Assembly: GCA_964448875.1 (NCBI GenBank)
Contig: CAYUXV010000340.1
Span: forward strand, 1-49,478
Length of the DNA: 49,478 bases
Source: an uncultured Verrucomicrobiota bacterium
GTDB taxonomy: Bacteria > Verrucomicrobiota > Verrucomicrobiia > Limisphaerales > UBA1100
Reading direction: 5' to 3'
Shown: positions 1 through 10,100 of the stretch, one piece after another
Position numbering within the stretch: the stretch's first letter is position 1
Layout: the number at the start of each line of letters is the position of its first letter
Position numbers and translations under genes: made by a program
Notes under the pieces: model-generated
Databases searched by the model: none
Seen by the model: only the letters and a program-made list of their open reading frames with translations
Told to the model about the DNA's origin: nothing

Positions 1-1038
1 AAGACCTATAATAATTGTGAGAATGTAATATCCCTGCTGTCCAGCCATTTCGGCCAGCTCACCCTTAAGGTTAGCATCACCAAATCTCGCTGCCACAAGA
101 CAGAATATACCAATGGGAGCAATGTTCATCAAAAGCATGACAAACGACATGAGCGCGTCATTCGCCTGACCAATCATTCTTGTAATCGCAAAAACCTTTT
201 CACCCATCGTGGTGAGCATAGCAGCAAAAATTATGCTAAAAACAATCAATGGTAGCAGGTTCATTTCAGCCGCGGACTTAAAGAGATTGTCAGTAACGAG
301 CATTATCAGCATATTCTGCAGAATAACCCAAATGGTCTTCTCCTTATAATTGTCTATGAATTTTTGCTCAGTTTTAACCTCTTCCTCAGCGTCATGGAGA
401 TTGAGGGACGCAATTTCAACATCTTCTTTCAAAAACCGGTCTTGAGGAGAATTATATAACGACTTTTGTGCTCTCTTAAGAAGTGATTGAGCATGCTTTA
501 ATTTTCTTTCGGCTTTTTCTAGATAAATCCCATTCTTTCGATTCTTTTCTTCTACCGCCTTTATCGCTTCTTCATTGGATTCATTCTTTTCTTCGACCTT
601 CGCTCTGATTTCGGCTTTTAACTCATCAAGTTCGCCTTTTGCTTTTTCCTTATCAACACCAACATCAGCAGCTTCTACCTTGGCCTTGGCAGCAACTAAT
701 TTATCTTCCACTTCCTTGTTCACGCCTGGTTTCATGATATTCACCATGATGAGGCCAACTATTACGGCTAGCACAGTCGTGATCATGTAATATCCAACTG
801 CGTAAGCTCCGGGCTTACCCAATTTACGAACATCACCGAGACCAAGAATACCGCTCATGACAGACATCACCACCAAGGGCACAACCATCATCATAAGAAG
901 TTTGAGAAACACCTCACCGCCTACTTCGAATTTGACAGCTATCTCAGGCGCAAATAACCCTGTGACAATCGCAGCTATGATCGCCCCAATAATGTAGTAG
1001 GTCAGATTACCGTGACCGGCAGATTTATTATCGCTCAT
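1..1038 (-). CDS. dicarboxylate/amino acid:cation symporter (DAACS, GltP-like), partial; C-terminus runs off the left edge
   Basis: Absent from the supplied ORF track because it has no stop in the window. My translation of the minus strand from ATG at 1038 gives MSDNKSAGHGNLTYYIIGAIIAAIVTGLF..FLKLLMMMVVPLVVMSVMSGI..APIGIFCLVAARFG and stays open to position 1 (346 codons). The TM1-TM3 pattern and the APIG(I/V)F segment are typical of the sodium:dicarboxylate symporter family. The plus-strand ORF 575..790 is antisense noise. Confidence 0.8.
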   Translation of the reverse strand, partial: MSDNKSAGHGNLTYYIIGAIIAAIVTGLFAPEIAVKFEVGGEVFLKLLMMMVVPLVVMSVMSGILGLGDVRKLGKPGAYAVGYYMITTVLAVIVGLIMVNIMKPGVNKEVEDKLVAAKAKVEAADVGVDKEKAKGELDELKAEIRAKVEEKNESNEEAIKAVEEKNRKNGIYLEKAERKLKHAQSLLKRAQKSLYNSPQDRFLKEDVEIASLNLHDAEEEVKTEQKFIDNYKEKTIWVILQNMLIMLVTDNLFKSAAEMNLLPLIVFSIIFAAMLTTMGEKVFAITRMIGQANDALMSFVMLLMNIAPIGIFCLVAARFGDANLKGELAEMAGQQGYYILTIIIGL

Positions 1039-1070
1039 GGATATTTTCCTGTAAGCGTTGGAAGTGGCAA

Positions 1071-1094
1071 ATTAAAAGAATCCCATTCAATGGG
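1071..1094 (-). terminator. weak terminator-like hairpin downstream of the BASS gene
   Basis: Minus strand reads CCCAT-TGA-ATGGG (1094->1082) followed by ATTCTTTTAAT. The stem is short (5 bp), so support is weak. Confidence 0.25.
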
Positions 1095-1100
1095 CAAACA

Positions 1101-2108
1101 CTAATCCTTCACATTTCCATGACAATTAATTGGAGTCGCTTCAGATATCGAATCTTCAGAGTTAGGGTTTTTCTGTTCAAATTTTGGAACCAACAGCGTA
1201 TCCACAATCAACTGGAACAGATGGTAGAGCACCAGAGGAACTGCTCCATAAGGATTGGAGGAGAAAAAATTACTCCAAACATAAATACCATTGGGTAGTG
1301 TTTTCTGGGAACCGCTCAAAACCATCGCGGTACGTTCAGGCCACTTAAAGCCCAGCATTCCGGAAATAAACGTATTAAAGCAAAGCAGAAATATGTGCAA
1401 CAGTGCGCAAGCAGCTATGAAGCGCAACACGATATCAACATCTTTCTGCAACTGTACTGCACCAGAGGCGAACCCAGTGTAGACAAACATTAAAATAATA
1501 ATCTGCGGCACAATTCGGATAAATGGGCGGATGGGTTTTGTTTTCTCCCAAATGTATTGCCGAAGCAACTGACCCACCGCAATTGGCACCAGAACCATGT
1601 AGACCATCCGTAACATCATTTTTCCAACCGGAAAATCTACTTGGGCACCGATGCTCAGCTCCAGAATAAAAGGGGTTAATAAAAACGTAAGCCCGTTGGA
1701 TACGAGGGTGCAGATAAGGGCGAGCTCACGGTTACCTCCGGACATCATGGTGAGTGCTATGGCTGAAGCGAGGCTGCCGGCCTGTGCAGCCATAATCATC
1801 ATTGCTGGAAGAAAGTGTTGATTTCCTTCGGGAGCTAGTAACTTGCCTAAACCATAAGCCGCAGCTGGACAGAATATATAGATACTCACCAATACCGGAA
1901 TTACCGCCCGAAAGTTCGTGGCTTGCTTAACCAAGCTGGAGGTGTCCATGGTGAAGCCCGCGATGCCAAGCATGATCCCCACAAATACGGGAATCACCCA
2001 GCCTGAATCTTTTAATTTAAGACCTGCCTCGGGAGCCAGAATTCCCACTGGAATTAAGAGGATAAGTCCGGTTAAAAACCAGTAACGCTTTACGAATTCG
2101 CGATCCAA
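1101..2108 (-). CDS. bile acid:Na+ symporter family (BASS / SBF-like, YfeH-type) transporter
   Basis: 335-aa polytopic membrane protein. The N-terminal KRYWFLTGLILLIPVGILAP and the ..MMIMAAQAGSLASAIALT..GGNRELAL.. segment resemble SBF-like transporters. The start codon is TTG at 2108, the first start in the ORF. Confidence 0.7.
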   Translation of the reverse strand: MDREFVKRYWFLTGLILLIPVGILAPEAGLKLKDSGWVIPVFVGIMLGIAGFTMDTSSLVKQATNFRAVIPVLVSIYIFCPAAAYGLGKLLAPEGNQHFLPAMMIMAAQAGSLASAIALTMMSGGNRELALICTLVSNGLTFLLTPFILELSIGAQVDFPVGKMMLRMVYMVLVPIAVGQLLRQYIWEKTKPIRPFIRIVPQIIILMFVYTGFASGAVQLQKDVDIVLRFIAACALLHIFLLCFNTFISGMLGFKWPERTAMVLSGSQKTLPNGIYVWSNFFSSNPYGAVPLVLYHLFQLIVDTLLVPKFEQKNPNSEDSISEATPINCHGNVKD

Positions 2109-2120
2109 ATCCGCACCACG

Positions 2121-2957
2121 CTAATGTTTAGAACAATAAAAGGCGAGAGCGTTTCCCCCGAGAAATTCATCAATATAATCAGGTGCATTCGCCTGCATAA
2201 AATCAATAGCTAATTGCATAACAGGTGTGTATTCACCAGCAAGGCGACAAACAGGCCAATCGCTACCTATCATTAACCTTTCTGGACGGAATGATTTGAG
2301 GATTACGTTAAGATAGGGATCGAATTGTTCAGGCTTCCAGCCCCACCAATCAGCTTCGGTAACCATGCCGGAGATTTTGCAATGGACATTGGCATGAGAG
2401 GCTAGTTCTCGTATTTGCGTAGCCCACGGCTCAATCGCGCCTGTCTTGATATCTGGTTTAGCTATGTGGTCGAGAACTAATGGTTGATCAGGAAATTCTT
2501 TTACAAATTCGAGCGTGGCTGAAAGTTGTTTTGGATAAATGAGGATGTCATAGGTCAAATTATAATCATTAAGTTTACTGATTCCGTTAAGAAAGTCTGG
2601 CCGCAAGATGTATCGATCATCAGACTCATCCTGAACAACATGCCTAACCCCCACAAACCGAGGATGTTCAGTAAATTCTGAAAGGCATTCGTCAACTTTA
2701 TTGCTTTTCAAGTCAACCCAACCGACCACACCTTTAATTTGGTCATAATCATCTGCAAGTTGAAGCAACCAACGAGTTTCTTCAATTGATTGTCGAGCCT
2801 GTACTGCGATGGAACCATTAAACCCAAGTTCTGATTGAACCTTCTCTAAATCCCTCGGAAGATGGTCCTTCTTCAAGGACTCCATACGCCCATCTATCCA
2901 AGGGTATTCATCAGGATCATATCTCCAAAAATGTTGATGCGCATCAATCTTCTCCAT
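2121..2957 (-). CDS. amidohydrolase_2 family metal-dependent hydrolase (lactonase/decarboxylase-type)
   Basis: N-terminal IDAHQHFW (HxH metal motif) and C-terminal GSDWPV are hallmarks of the PF04909-type amidohydrolase fold. I prefer ATG at 2957 (MEKIDAHQHFW) over the GTG at 2984, which would overlap the upstream kinase gene. Confidence 0.75.
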   Translation of the reverse strand: MEKIDAHQHFWRYDPDEYPWIDGRMESLKKDHLPRDLEKVQSELGFNGSIAVQARQSIEETRWLLQLADDYDQIKGVVGWVDLKSNKVDECLSEFTEHPRFVGVRHVVQDESDDRYILRPDFLNGISKLNDYNLTYDILIYPKQLSATLEFVKEFPDQPLVLDHIAKPDIKTGAIEPWATQIRELASHANVHCKISGMVTEADWWGWKPEQFDPYLNVILKSFRPERLMIGSDWPVCRLAGEYTPVMQLAIDFMQANAPDYIDEFLGGNALAFYCSKH

Positions 2958-2965
2958 TTCTGATT

Positions 2966-3775
2966 TTAACGTACACCCAGGCACTTGCGTAGATCACGCA
3001 CAACATGCACCATGTAGTGGTAACGTGAGTCTGGCAGATATGAAATGCATTTCAATAATAACACCTCGAGCATAACAGGAATATTTTCGTTTAATTCACG
3101 TGGCTTGCGAATTCTATAGCGAGCATTTAGCTGGTTGCGGAGCATTTCTTGTGGAGTTTGCCCCTCAAAAGGTTTCACGCGAGTCAGGAGTTCGTATGCA
3201 GTGACTCCAAATGCATATATGTCCGCCCGTTGGTCAACATCCCAACCTTTAACAATTTCTGGAGGCATATATAAAGGCGTGCCTGATTTCTTTGGCATCT
3301 TGAAAGAGCCGTCAGGAATCGGAAGTGTCGTGTCAAAATCGCAGAGAAGGAGTGCACCACTCCGGCTGATTTGAAGATTTTCTGGTTTAAAATCAAGGTG
3401 CATAAAATTATGCTGATGGACATGAGCCAGAGCTTCTGCCATTTCAAGCAGCACATCGCTAAGCCTGTCCTTCAGTAAATCAGAATCCTTAATTGCCAAC
3501 ATGCGCAGATTCGCACCTTCAATATATTCCAACAACATGAAATCCCTGCCAGATTTTCTACCGTGCTTGATGTATCGGACTATATTCGGATGTGGAGGCA
3601 ATTTAGCCATTACCTCGCATCCACGGCGGAACATCTTTGGTCCTGAGGAATTTATGCGGAAATTATTGTTTAAGATCCGCAACGCATAGGGACGCTCTTG
3701 TTTGTCGGTAACCAGCCATATGGTAGCCAACCCACCGGAATTAATCTGTTCCCGCAGACGATATTCTCCGAACAA
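2966..3775 (-). CDS. stand-alone Ser/Thr protein-kinase-fold protein, atypical and possibly a pseudokinase
   Basis: Has an ePK catalytic loop HLDFKPENL, an activation segment GTPLYMPPE and DIYAFGVTAYELL. However, the G-loop is NSGGLAT, the VAIK lysine position reads ALRIL (CGG Arg codon at 3677-3679), and DFG is DFD. TTG start at 3775. There are no extra domains. Confidence 0.7.
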   Translation of the reverse strand: MFGEYRLREQINSGGLATIWLVTDKQERPYALRILNNNFRINSSGPKMFRRGCEVMAKLPPHPNIVRYIKHGRKSGRDFMLLEYIEGANLRMLAIKDSDLLKDRLSDVLLEMAEALAHVHQHNFMHLDFKPENLQISRSGALLLCDFDTTLPIPDGSFKMPKKSGTPLYMPPEIVKGWDVDQRADIYAFGVTAYELLTRVKPFEGQTPQEMLRNQLNARYRIRKPRELNENIPVMLEVLLLKCISYLPDSRYHYMVHVVRDLRKCLGVR

Positions 3776-3924
3776 TGCGTTTTGCTCTATCGCGATTTCA
3801 GCCTCCTATTTGTACCGTGAAAGGCGTGCCTTCTGCTAAATGGTTACCATATAAACAACTCAAATCACTAGAAGAAAAGCTTGGCGGACGCAACAAGAAC
3901 CAATCTACTGAGCGCGTGGCAGGA

Positions 3925-4851
3925 ATGCGTGTAATATGGTTTACGGCGGGCTTCTTTATTCTATGTTTTATCGGCGGCGCACTTATTGCTCCTTGGGCAT
4001 GGTGGGCGGTACGTGGCTCTGAAGACATAACGGGACTAGATATTCTGAGTTTTCTGTATGAGCATGACGACTTTCATCGTTATGTAAGCCGTTGCATACT
4101 CGGTGCTGCACTTCTTGGGCTTTGGCCATTAATGAAACTGACAAGACGTGGCGATTGGTATGATTTGGGCTTCGCCGCAAATGGCATAGAAAAATATAAT
4201 TTATTGAGAGGTTTTGCTCTCGGAATAGGTTCAATACTGATTGTTGCATTATTGTCTGTATTTTTCTCGACAATGACATGGAAAACTCATTCAGCATCAG
4301 TTTGGGCTAAACATTTATTAAACGCAGGCATCGCCATGCTTGTAGTTTCGATTCTGGAAGAGCTTTTGTTCCGGGGTGTATTGTTTGGCAATCTAAGGAG
4401 AGCTATGCCATGGCAAGGCGCAGCTATCTTAGCGTCGTTAGTATTTGCAACTGTTCATTTTCTAGGGGCTAAACCCAGTAATCCCGAAGTAATACACTGG
4501 CATTCGGGAGTGACAATTTTTGGTCATATGTTTTCATTCGACGGCTATTGGCTTTCGAAATATTTGAATATTTTTTTGGCAGGCGTAATTCTTTGCAGCC
4601 TCTATCAGAGAACAAACAATTTATACTGTTCGATCGCGTGCCATGCTGCATGGATTTTCGGCGGAAAGACGCTGATGTTCATTGCTGATTACAGAACAGT
4701 CATTGACCACATGAACAAATTATTTTGGGGAGATAAAAATTTTATTGAGGGAAGCGTTATTGCAGTTCTGTTGCTGGGGCTTGCATATTATTATTTTTAT
4801 TACTTGGATTCCAAACAGAAAGACGGCATGGAAACAGCTGACAGGTTCTAG
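3925..4851 (+). CDS. CPBP family intramembrane glutamic endopeptidase (CAAX protease / Abi-like)
   Basis: Motifs EELLFRGVLF and FATVHF lie in a polytopic membrane protein. I prefer ATG 3925 (MRVIWFTAGFFILCF), which begins the first TM helix, over ATG 3775. Confidence 0.75.
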   Translation: MRVIWFTAGFFILCFIGGALIAPWAWWAVRGSEDITGLDILSFLYEHDDFHRYVSRCILGAALLGLWPLMKLTRRGDWYDLGFAANGIEKYNLLRGFALGIGSILIVALLSVFFSTMTWKTHSASVWAKHLLNAGIAMLVVSILEELLFRGVLFGNLRRAMPWQGAAILASLVFATVHFLGAKPSNPEVIHWHSGVTIFGHMFSFDGYWLSKYLNIFLAGVILCSLYQRTNNLYCSIACHAAWIFGGKTLMFIADYRTVIDHMNKLFWGDKNFIEGSVIAVLLLGLAYYYFYYLDSKQKDGMETADRF

Positions 4852-5584
4852 CACTGCCCTAGCAATTGCACGAGCCATCTACCCCATTACATGCCAATTG
4901 TGCCGGGCCGACTTTGTTGGTCGCCCCAATGTTTATTTATGCCCTGACTGTGCCACTCAAATACGTCATGTGAAATCGCCATTTTGCGAGCGATGCGGCG
5001 TGCCCGTTTGTGGGAAAATTAGCGATAGTTACTCTTGCAGTAATTGTAAGAATATTGAGCCAGGTTTTGATTCAGCACGTTCCGCGGTTTTCACCTCTGG
5101 AATTGTTCGGGAAATGATTCATAAGTACAAATACGGTACAGCACGATGCCTTGAGCCATATCTGGTTAAATTATTTTTATCACGAGCACTACCTGAATTA
5201 AGCGACCAATCTTTTAGCGGTGTCGTGCCAGTCCCCCTCCACGCAGTAAAAGAACGGGAAAGGGGCTTCAATCAAGCACTCCCTCTCGCTCAATCGCTTT
5301 CGGCTGCTCTCAACATTCCTTTACTAGACAATTGTGTTGATAGAATAAAGGATACCCAACCCCAAACAAACTTAACTCGCACAGATCGCAAAGAGAATGT
5401 CCGGGGTGCATTTCACGTTCGGCAAGGAGCAGCTCTAAAAGCAATTCCTGTGATTATTATTGATGATGTTATGACGACCGGAGCAACGGTGAGTTCATGT
5501 GCAAAGGCTTTGCGAAAGGCCGGCGCACCCAAAGTAAGAGTGTGGACATTAGCTCGTGCACATTTTGATTCAGATTTTGCTTGA
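4745..5584 (+). CDS. comF: ComF family protein (phosphoribosyltransferase-like, ComFC)
   Basis: Carries N-terminal CxxC..CxxC..CxxC zinc-finger-like cysteines (CQLC, CPDC, CERC, CSNC) and a C-terminal PRTase loop IIIDDVMTTGATV. The start is uncertain. 4745 is a TTG that overlaps the CPBP gene by 107 nt, and there is no in-frame ATG before the first CxxC. Confidence 0.7.
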   Translation: MREALLQFCCWGLHIIIFITWIPNRKTAWKQLTGSSTALAIARAIYPITCQLCRADFVGRPNVYLCPDCATQIRHVKSPFCERCGVPVCGKISDSYSCSNCKNIEPGFDSARSAVFTSGIVREMIHKYKYGTARCLEPYLVKLFLSRALPELSDQSFSGVVPVPLHAVKERERGFNQALPLAQSLSAALNIPLLDNCVDRIKDTQPQTNLTRTDRKENVRGAFHVRQGAALKAIPVIIIDDVMTTGATVSSCAKALRKAGAPKVRVWTLARAHFDSDFA

Positions 5585-5648
5585 GAACTGACAACCAGCG
5601 GGAACAATATTTATTTAAACAAACAAGGTAGAGTGGGGTTGGTTTAAA

Positions 5649-6578
5649 ATGGATAGCAAAAAAAATAAAGCTGCATCAAATGTCGGCGGCATTGAACCCG
5701 GCGTGACTCCTCCGCCGGTACAACCTGACCCTTCATTTGGCCACAAGCCAGACACTGGCTCCTCAAAGACACGCAAGCGCGAAATGCCAGAAGGGCTATG
5801 GAAAAAATGTCAGCAATGTGAAGAGATGGTTTTTGAGAAAGAACTAAATGACAATCTTCGTGTTTGCCCTAATTGCCAATTTCATTATCCAATAGGAGCA
5901 AAAGATCGCATCCATTCATTGATTGCAGAAAACTCATTTAAGGAGATGGACGAGGAGATGCTTAGCGTGGATACGTTAGAATTCACAGGCACTGATTCAT
6001 ATGCAGCAAAATTAGAAAAACATCGCCAACATACAGGCCTTAAAGATGCAGTAATCACTGGAATTTGTCGCATCGGAGACCATGATGCAGCACTTGCGGT
6101 GATGGATTTTAATTTTCTTGGCGGCTCTATGGGGTCTGTAGTTGGTGAAAAGATCACGCGCCTAGCTGAAACTGCAACTGAAATTAAACTGCCGCTAATT
6201 ATCATATCTAGCAGTGGAGGGGCTCGGATGTATGAGGGGATGTTCAGTCTTATGCAAATGGCCAAGACCAGTGCAGCCATTGCTTTTCATGGTCAAAAAA
6301 AACTGCCATACATTAGCGTACTTACTCATCCCACTACGGCTGGTGTGATGGCTAGTTATGCTAGCTTGGGGGATTTGATTATATCCGAGCCCAAGGCAAT
6401 GATCGGCTTTGCTGGACCGCGGGTTATTAAAGATACTACACAGTCAGAGTTGCCTGAAGGGTTTCAGACCGCAGAATTTCTTATGGAACGCGGGCTAATT
6501 GACACAATCGTGCCCCGCCATCAGCTTCGAAATAGGCTTACAGAGTACCTAGACTATATCAGTACTAATTGTATTTGA
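5649..6578 (+). CDS. accD: acetyl-CoA carboxylase carboxyltransferase beta subunit
   Basis: Zinc ribbon CQQCEEMVFEKEL..VCPNCQFHY, followed by the carboxyltransferase core (MDFNFLGGSMGSVVGEK). Compared with E. coli AccD it has an N-terminal extension of about 30 aa rich in Pro and Lys. Confidence 0.93.
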   Translation: MDSKKNKAASNVGGIEPGVTPPPVQPDPSFGHKPDTGSSKTRKREMPEGLWKKCQQCEEMVFEKELNDNLRVCPNCQFHYPIGAKDRIHSLIAENSFKEMDEEMLSVDTLEFTGTDSYAAKLEKHRQHTGLKDAVITGICRIGDHDAALAVMDFNFLGGSMGSVVGEKITRLAETATEIKLPLIIISSSGGARMYEGMFSLMQMAKTSAAIAFHGQKKLPYISVLTHPTTAGVMASYASLGDLIISEPKAMIGFAGPRVIKDTTQSELPEGFQTAEFLMERGLIDTIVPRHQLRNRLTEYLDYISTNCI

Positions 6579-6587
6579 TATAAAAGA

Positions 6588-7022
6588 CTACTTCGGCAAT
6601 CCAGTATCCGGATCTACTTGAGGCCCTGATCCATAATTCCCCTTCAGTTTGGCATAAATCTGGCGTTGTACCGCTTGGTCACCAAAGCTGCCAACCCGAA
6701 TGCTTATTGTAGTGAGTTTCTCACCCTTGTTTTCCAAACTGTATGTCACTTTTCCATAATGACTTTCAGCTTTAATAAAACCAGCGAGAGGTTTTTTTTC
6801 GCGTTTTACTAAGGCCATTCCCATGTCCTCAACAGTGACATCTACAGCATCGAAGGCATCATTATATGTGATGGGTTCAGTAATCTCTAAGTCGCCCTTA
6901 TCATACGCCATATAACCAGCACCAGCGGCACTGGCCGCGGCCAAGCCAAACATAATACACCCTGCTTGGGTAATAATTAAAAATGAGGAAAAAATACACA
7001 ATATATAACACTTTATTTTCAT
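6588..7022 (-). CDS. small lipoprotein, DUF3568-like
   Basis: Signal peptide with a lipobox (..IITQAGC). The C-terminal ISIRVGSFGDQAVQRQIYAKLK resembles my recollection of the DUF3568 lipoprotein family. Confidence 0.6.
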   Translation of the reverse strand: MKIKCYILCIFSSFLIITQAGCIMFGLAAASAAGAGYMAYDKGDLEITEPITYNDAFDAVDVTVEDMGMALVKREKKPLAGFIKAESHYGKVTYSLENKGEKLTTISIRVGSFGDQAVQRQIYAKLKGNYGSGPQVDPDTGLPK

Positions 7023-7172
7023 AACCCCTCCTGTTGGTTGAACCTCCTTAGCACAATGTGCCTATGCAATGACGCTAAATGATATATATATTTACGTCAA
7101 GACCGATGATAGGAGTAGACACTTGCAAATTAATAACAAAAAATGAGACGGTAACTCCTATATATCACTTCA

Positions 7173-10100
7173 ATGGGAACCGTCAGGACAGAATATTTGG
7201 AGTCTGAGCCACAGTTAATAGCTGCCATCAAAAATGTGTGCCATCTTGCAATTATGATTTGTGAGGTTGATGGAGCTGCAATTTATCAGAAAGAAAATAA
7301 CAGATGGAACTGCGTCATTCACGAGGGAAATATATTAATTGAAACATCATGGCTTGATGAAGCGTTAGCATCACGCACTTCTTCCTCCATTGAAAATAAT
7401 ATATCCGGGACAGAAATGAAAGAAGGAGATAATGGGGTGGGTTTTGGACTATGTATTCCTTTTGATGAAACAGATGAAGCCCTTTGTGTGTCTCATTGCC
7501 AACCTTGCAAAATAAGTGAGAAACAACTTGATGTGTTGACTCAATTAACGAGACAGGCGGAGGCAATTTTAAAATCCCACCAAAATATTGCCCTACTAAA
7601 AGCTTCTGGCCACAAGGAAACCGACCTTTATAAAAGTTTCTTTGAACATTTAGAGGAAGGAATATTCCAGACAACGCCTGATGGTCAATACATAGCGGCC
7701 AACCCTAAACTTGCCAGCATTTATGGCTATGATTCCGCAAACCAATTGATTGATGATTTGCATAATATTTCCGAACAACTCTACGTTCGCCCTGGGCGCA
7801 GAAATGAATTCGTCCGGTCGATGCAAGAAACGGATGTAATAACTAATTTTGAATCACAAATTCGGAGACGCGACGGAAAAGAAATCTGGATATCAGAAAA
7901 TGTTCGTGCCGTGCGAAACGATAAGGGAGAAGTAGCATTTTACGAAGGAACCGTTGTAGATATCACGGGAAAAAGAAGCATGGAGGATGCCCTTCGAGAA
8001 TCCGAACTGCTTTATCATTCATTGGTTGAATCTATCCCTCAAAATATTTTACGCAAAGATCTCGATGGTCGGTTCATTTTTGCTAACAATAATTTTTGCA
8101 CGTTAATGGAACGATCCTGGAAGGAAATTAAGGGGCGCACAGATCATGATCTTTTCCCGGATGAATTAGCAGACAAATACCGAAGGGATGACTTACGTGT
8201 TCTTGAAACAGGCGAAACATACGACACGATCGAAGTACATGAAATGCCAGGAGGAGGCGTGATGCATGTGCATGTAATAAAGACTCCACTCTCCGATGTA
8301 GACGGCAACATAACAGGAATTCAGTGTATGTTTTGGGATGTCACGCAACGCAAACGTGTGGAAGAGGAATTAGCTTCTGAAAGAGATTTGCTTAGAGCAT
8401 TGCTCGACAATGTCCCCGATAGAATTTATTTCAAAGATACTGTATCAAGATTTGTACGCTGTAGCCGAGCTCTGGCGGACCGCTTGGGACTCAATATGCC
8501 AGAAGAGGCAATAGGCAAGACAGATTATGATTTTCACCCAGAGAAAGAGGCCCGTGAATTTCATGAGGATGAAACTAGGATAATGCACACAGGTGAGGCT
8601 GTAGTTAACAAGGTGGAGAAGCAGACAGGAAAAGATGGGCAATCTATATGGGCGTCAGTTACCAAGGTGCCCTTCCGGAATCGCGCCGGAATCCTGACAG
8701 GAATAATTGGCATCTCGCGTGATATTACTGCCCTGAAACATGCAGAAGAGGAAATGGCACATGCGCGTGACTTGGCACAAGAATCGGCGCAACTCAAGGC
8801 ACAATTTCTGGCCACTATGAGCCATGAAATTCGGACGCCGATGAACGCCGTTATTGGGATGATAGATCTGCTTTTATCCACAAAACTGGATGATGAACAG
8901 CGTGAATATAGCGAACAAGTCCAAACCAGTGCCGTTGCATTGCTAGAGATTTTAAACGACATCCTCGATTTATCCAAAATTGAAGCCGGGTATCTTGAGT
9001 TAGAAAACACACAATTTAACCTGCGTGAACTCGTTGAGGATGTATTAGAATTATACACACTTAAGGCACAAGAAAAAGGAGTCGAGCTTGCTTGTTACGT
9101 TTCCCCCGAATGCGCTTCCTTATTTCAAGGGGATTCAGGCAGATTACGTCAAATTTTACTTAATTTGGTTAGCAACTCAATAAAGTTTACAGAACAAGGA
9201 ACCGTCAGGTTAACTGTAAATCAGGTTAAAAATAACCTTATTAGATTCGAGGTTCGTGACACAGGTATTGGTGTTTCCAAAGAATTGCAATCTAGCATTT
9301 TTGAAGCATTTCGCCAGGCAGATGGATCGACGACTCGCAAATATGGAGGGACCGGCTTGGGCTTGGCCATTTCTCGTGAGTTAGTTGAATTAATGCAGGG
9401 TGAATTGGGAGTGGAAAGTGAGGAAGGCAGTGGCTCAAAGTTCTGGTTTGAAGTGCCTTTAGATAAAATCGATGAGCCCTCAGCAGGCGAAGTTCCGGAA
9501 TTGAATGGCAAAAGCCTCATACTTTGTGTGCCAGATGGATTTGTTCGACAAGCGCTTTTAGCCTTTGCAAATGAATGGAACATAAAGGTTGAAACAGTTG
9601 TCGATGTGGCGGCAGCTCAAAGACTGACCTCAAGTTCTGTGGAGATTGATTTTGTTTTGCTGGATCTCGATCTGCCCGGAGGCGATTGTCTCGATTTGGT
9701 AAAATTTATCCAACAGCATTCGCCGGAGGCTAAGGTCATTTTGATAACAACACGCGCCCACAAGTTTGATGCGGCAGCAATACGTGAAATAGGGGTTTCT
9801 GGCACACTTGTTAAGCCCATAAAATTTAACCGAATGAAGAAGGCTTTGAGCAGGCCAGAATTCAAAGAAACTCCATCAGAAACACTTTCTATCAATCCGT
9901 TACTCGAGCGCAATCTTCGTGTGCTAGTAATCGAGGATAATGAGATTAATCAACGCGTAGCACAGCTACAGCTAGAGAAGCTCCACTGCCAAGTTAAGAT
10001 ACGGAGCTGTGGAGAATCTGTTCTCGATGAAAAACTGAGTAAGTTTGACCTAATTTTTATGGATTGCCATATGCCAGGAATGGATGGATTCGAAGCAACA

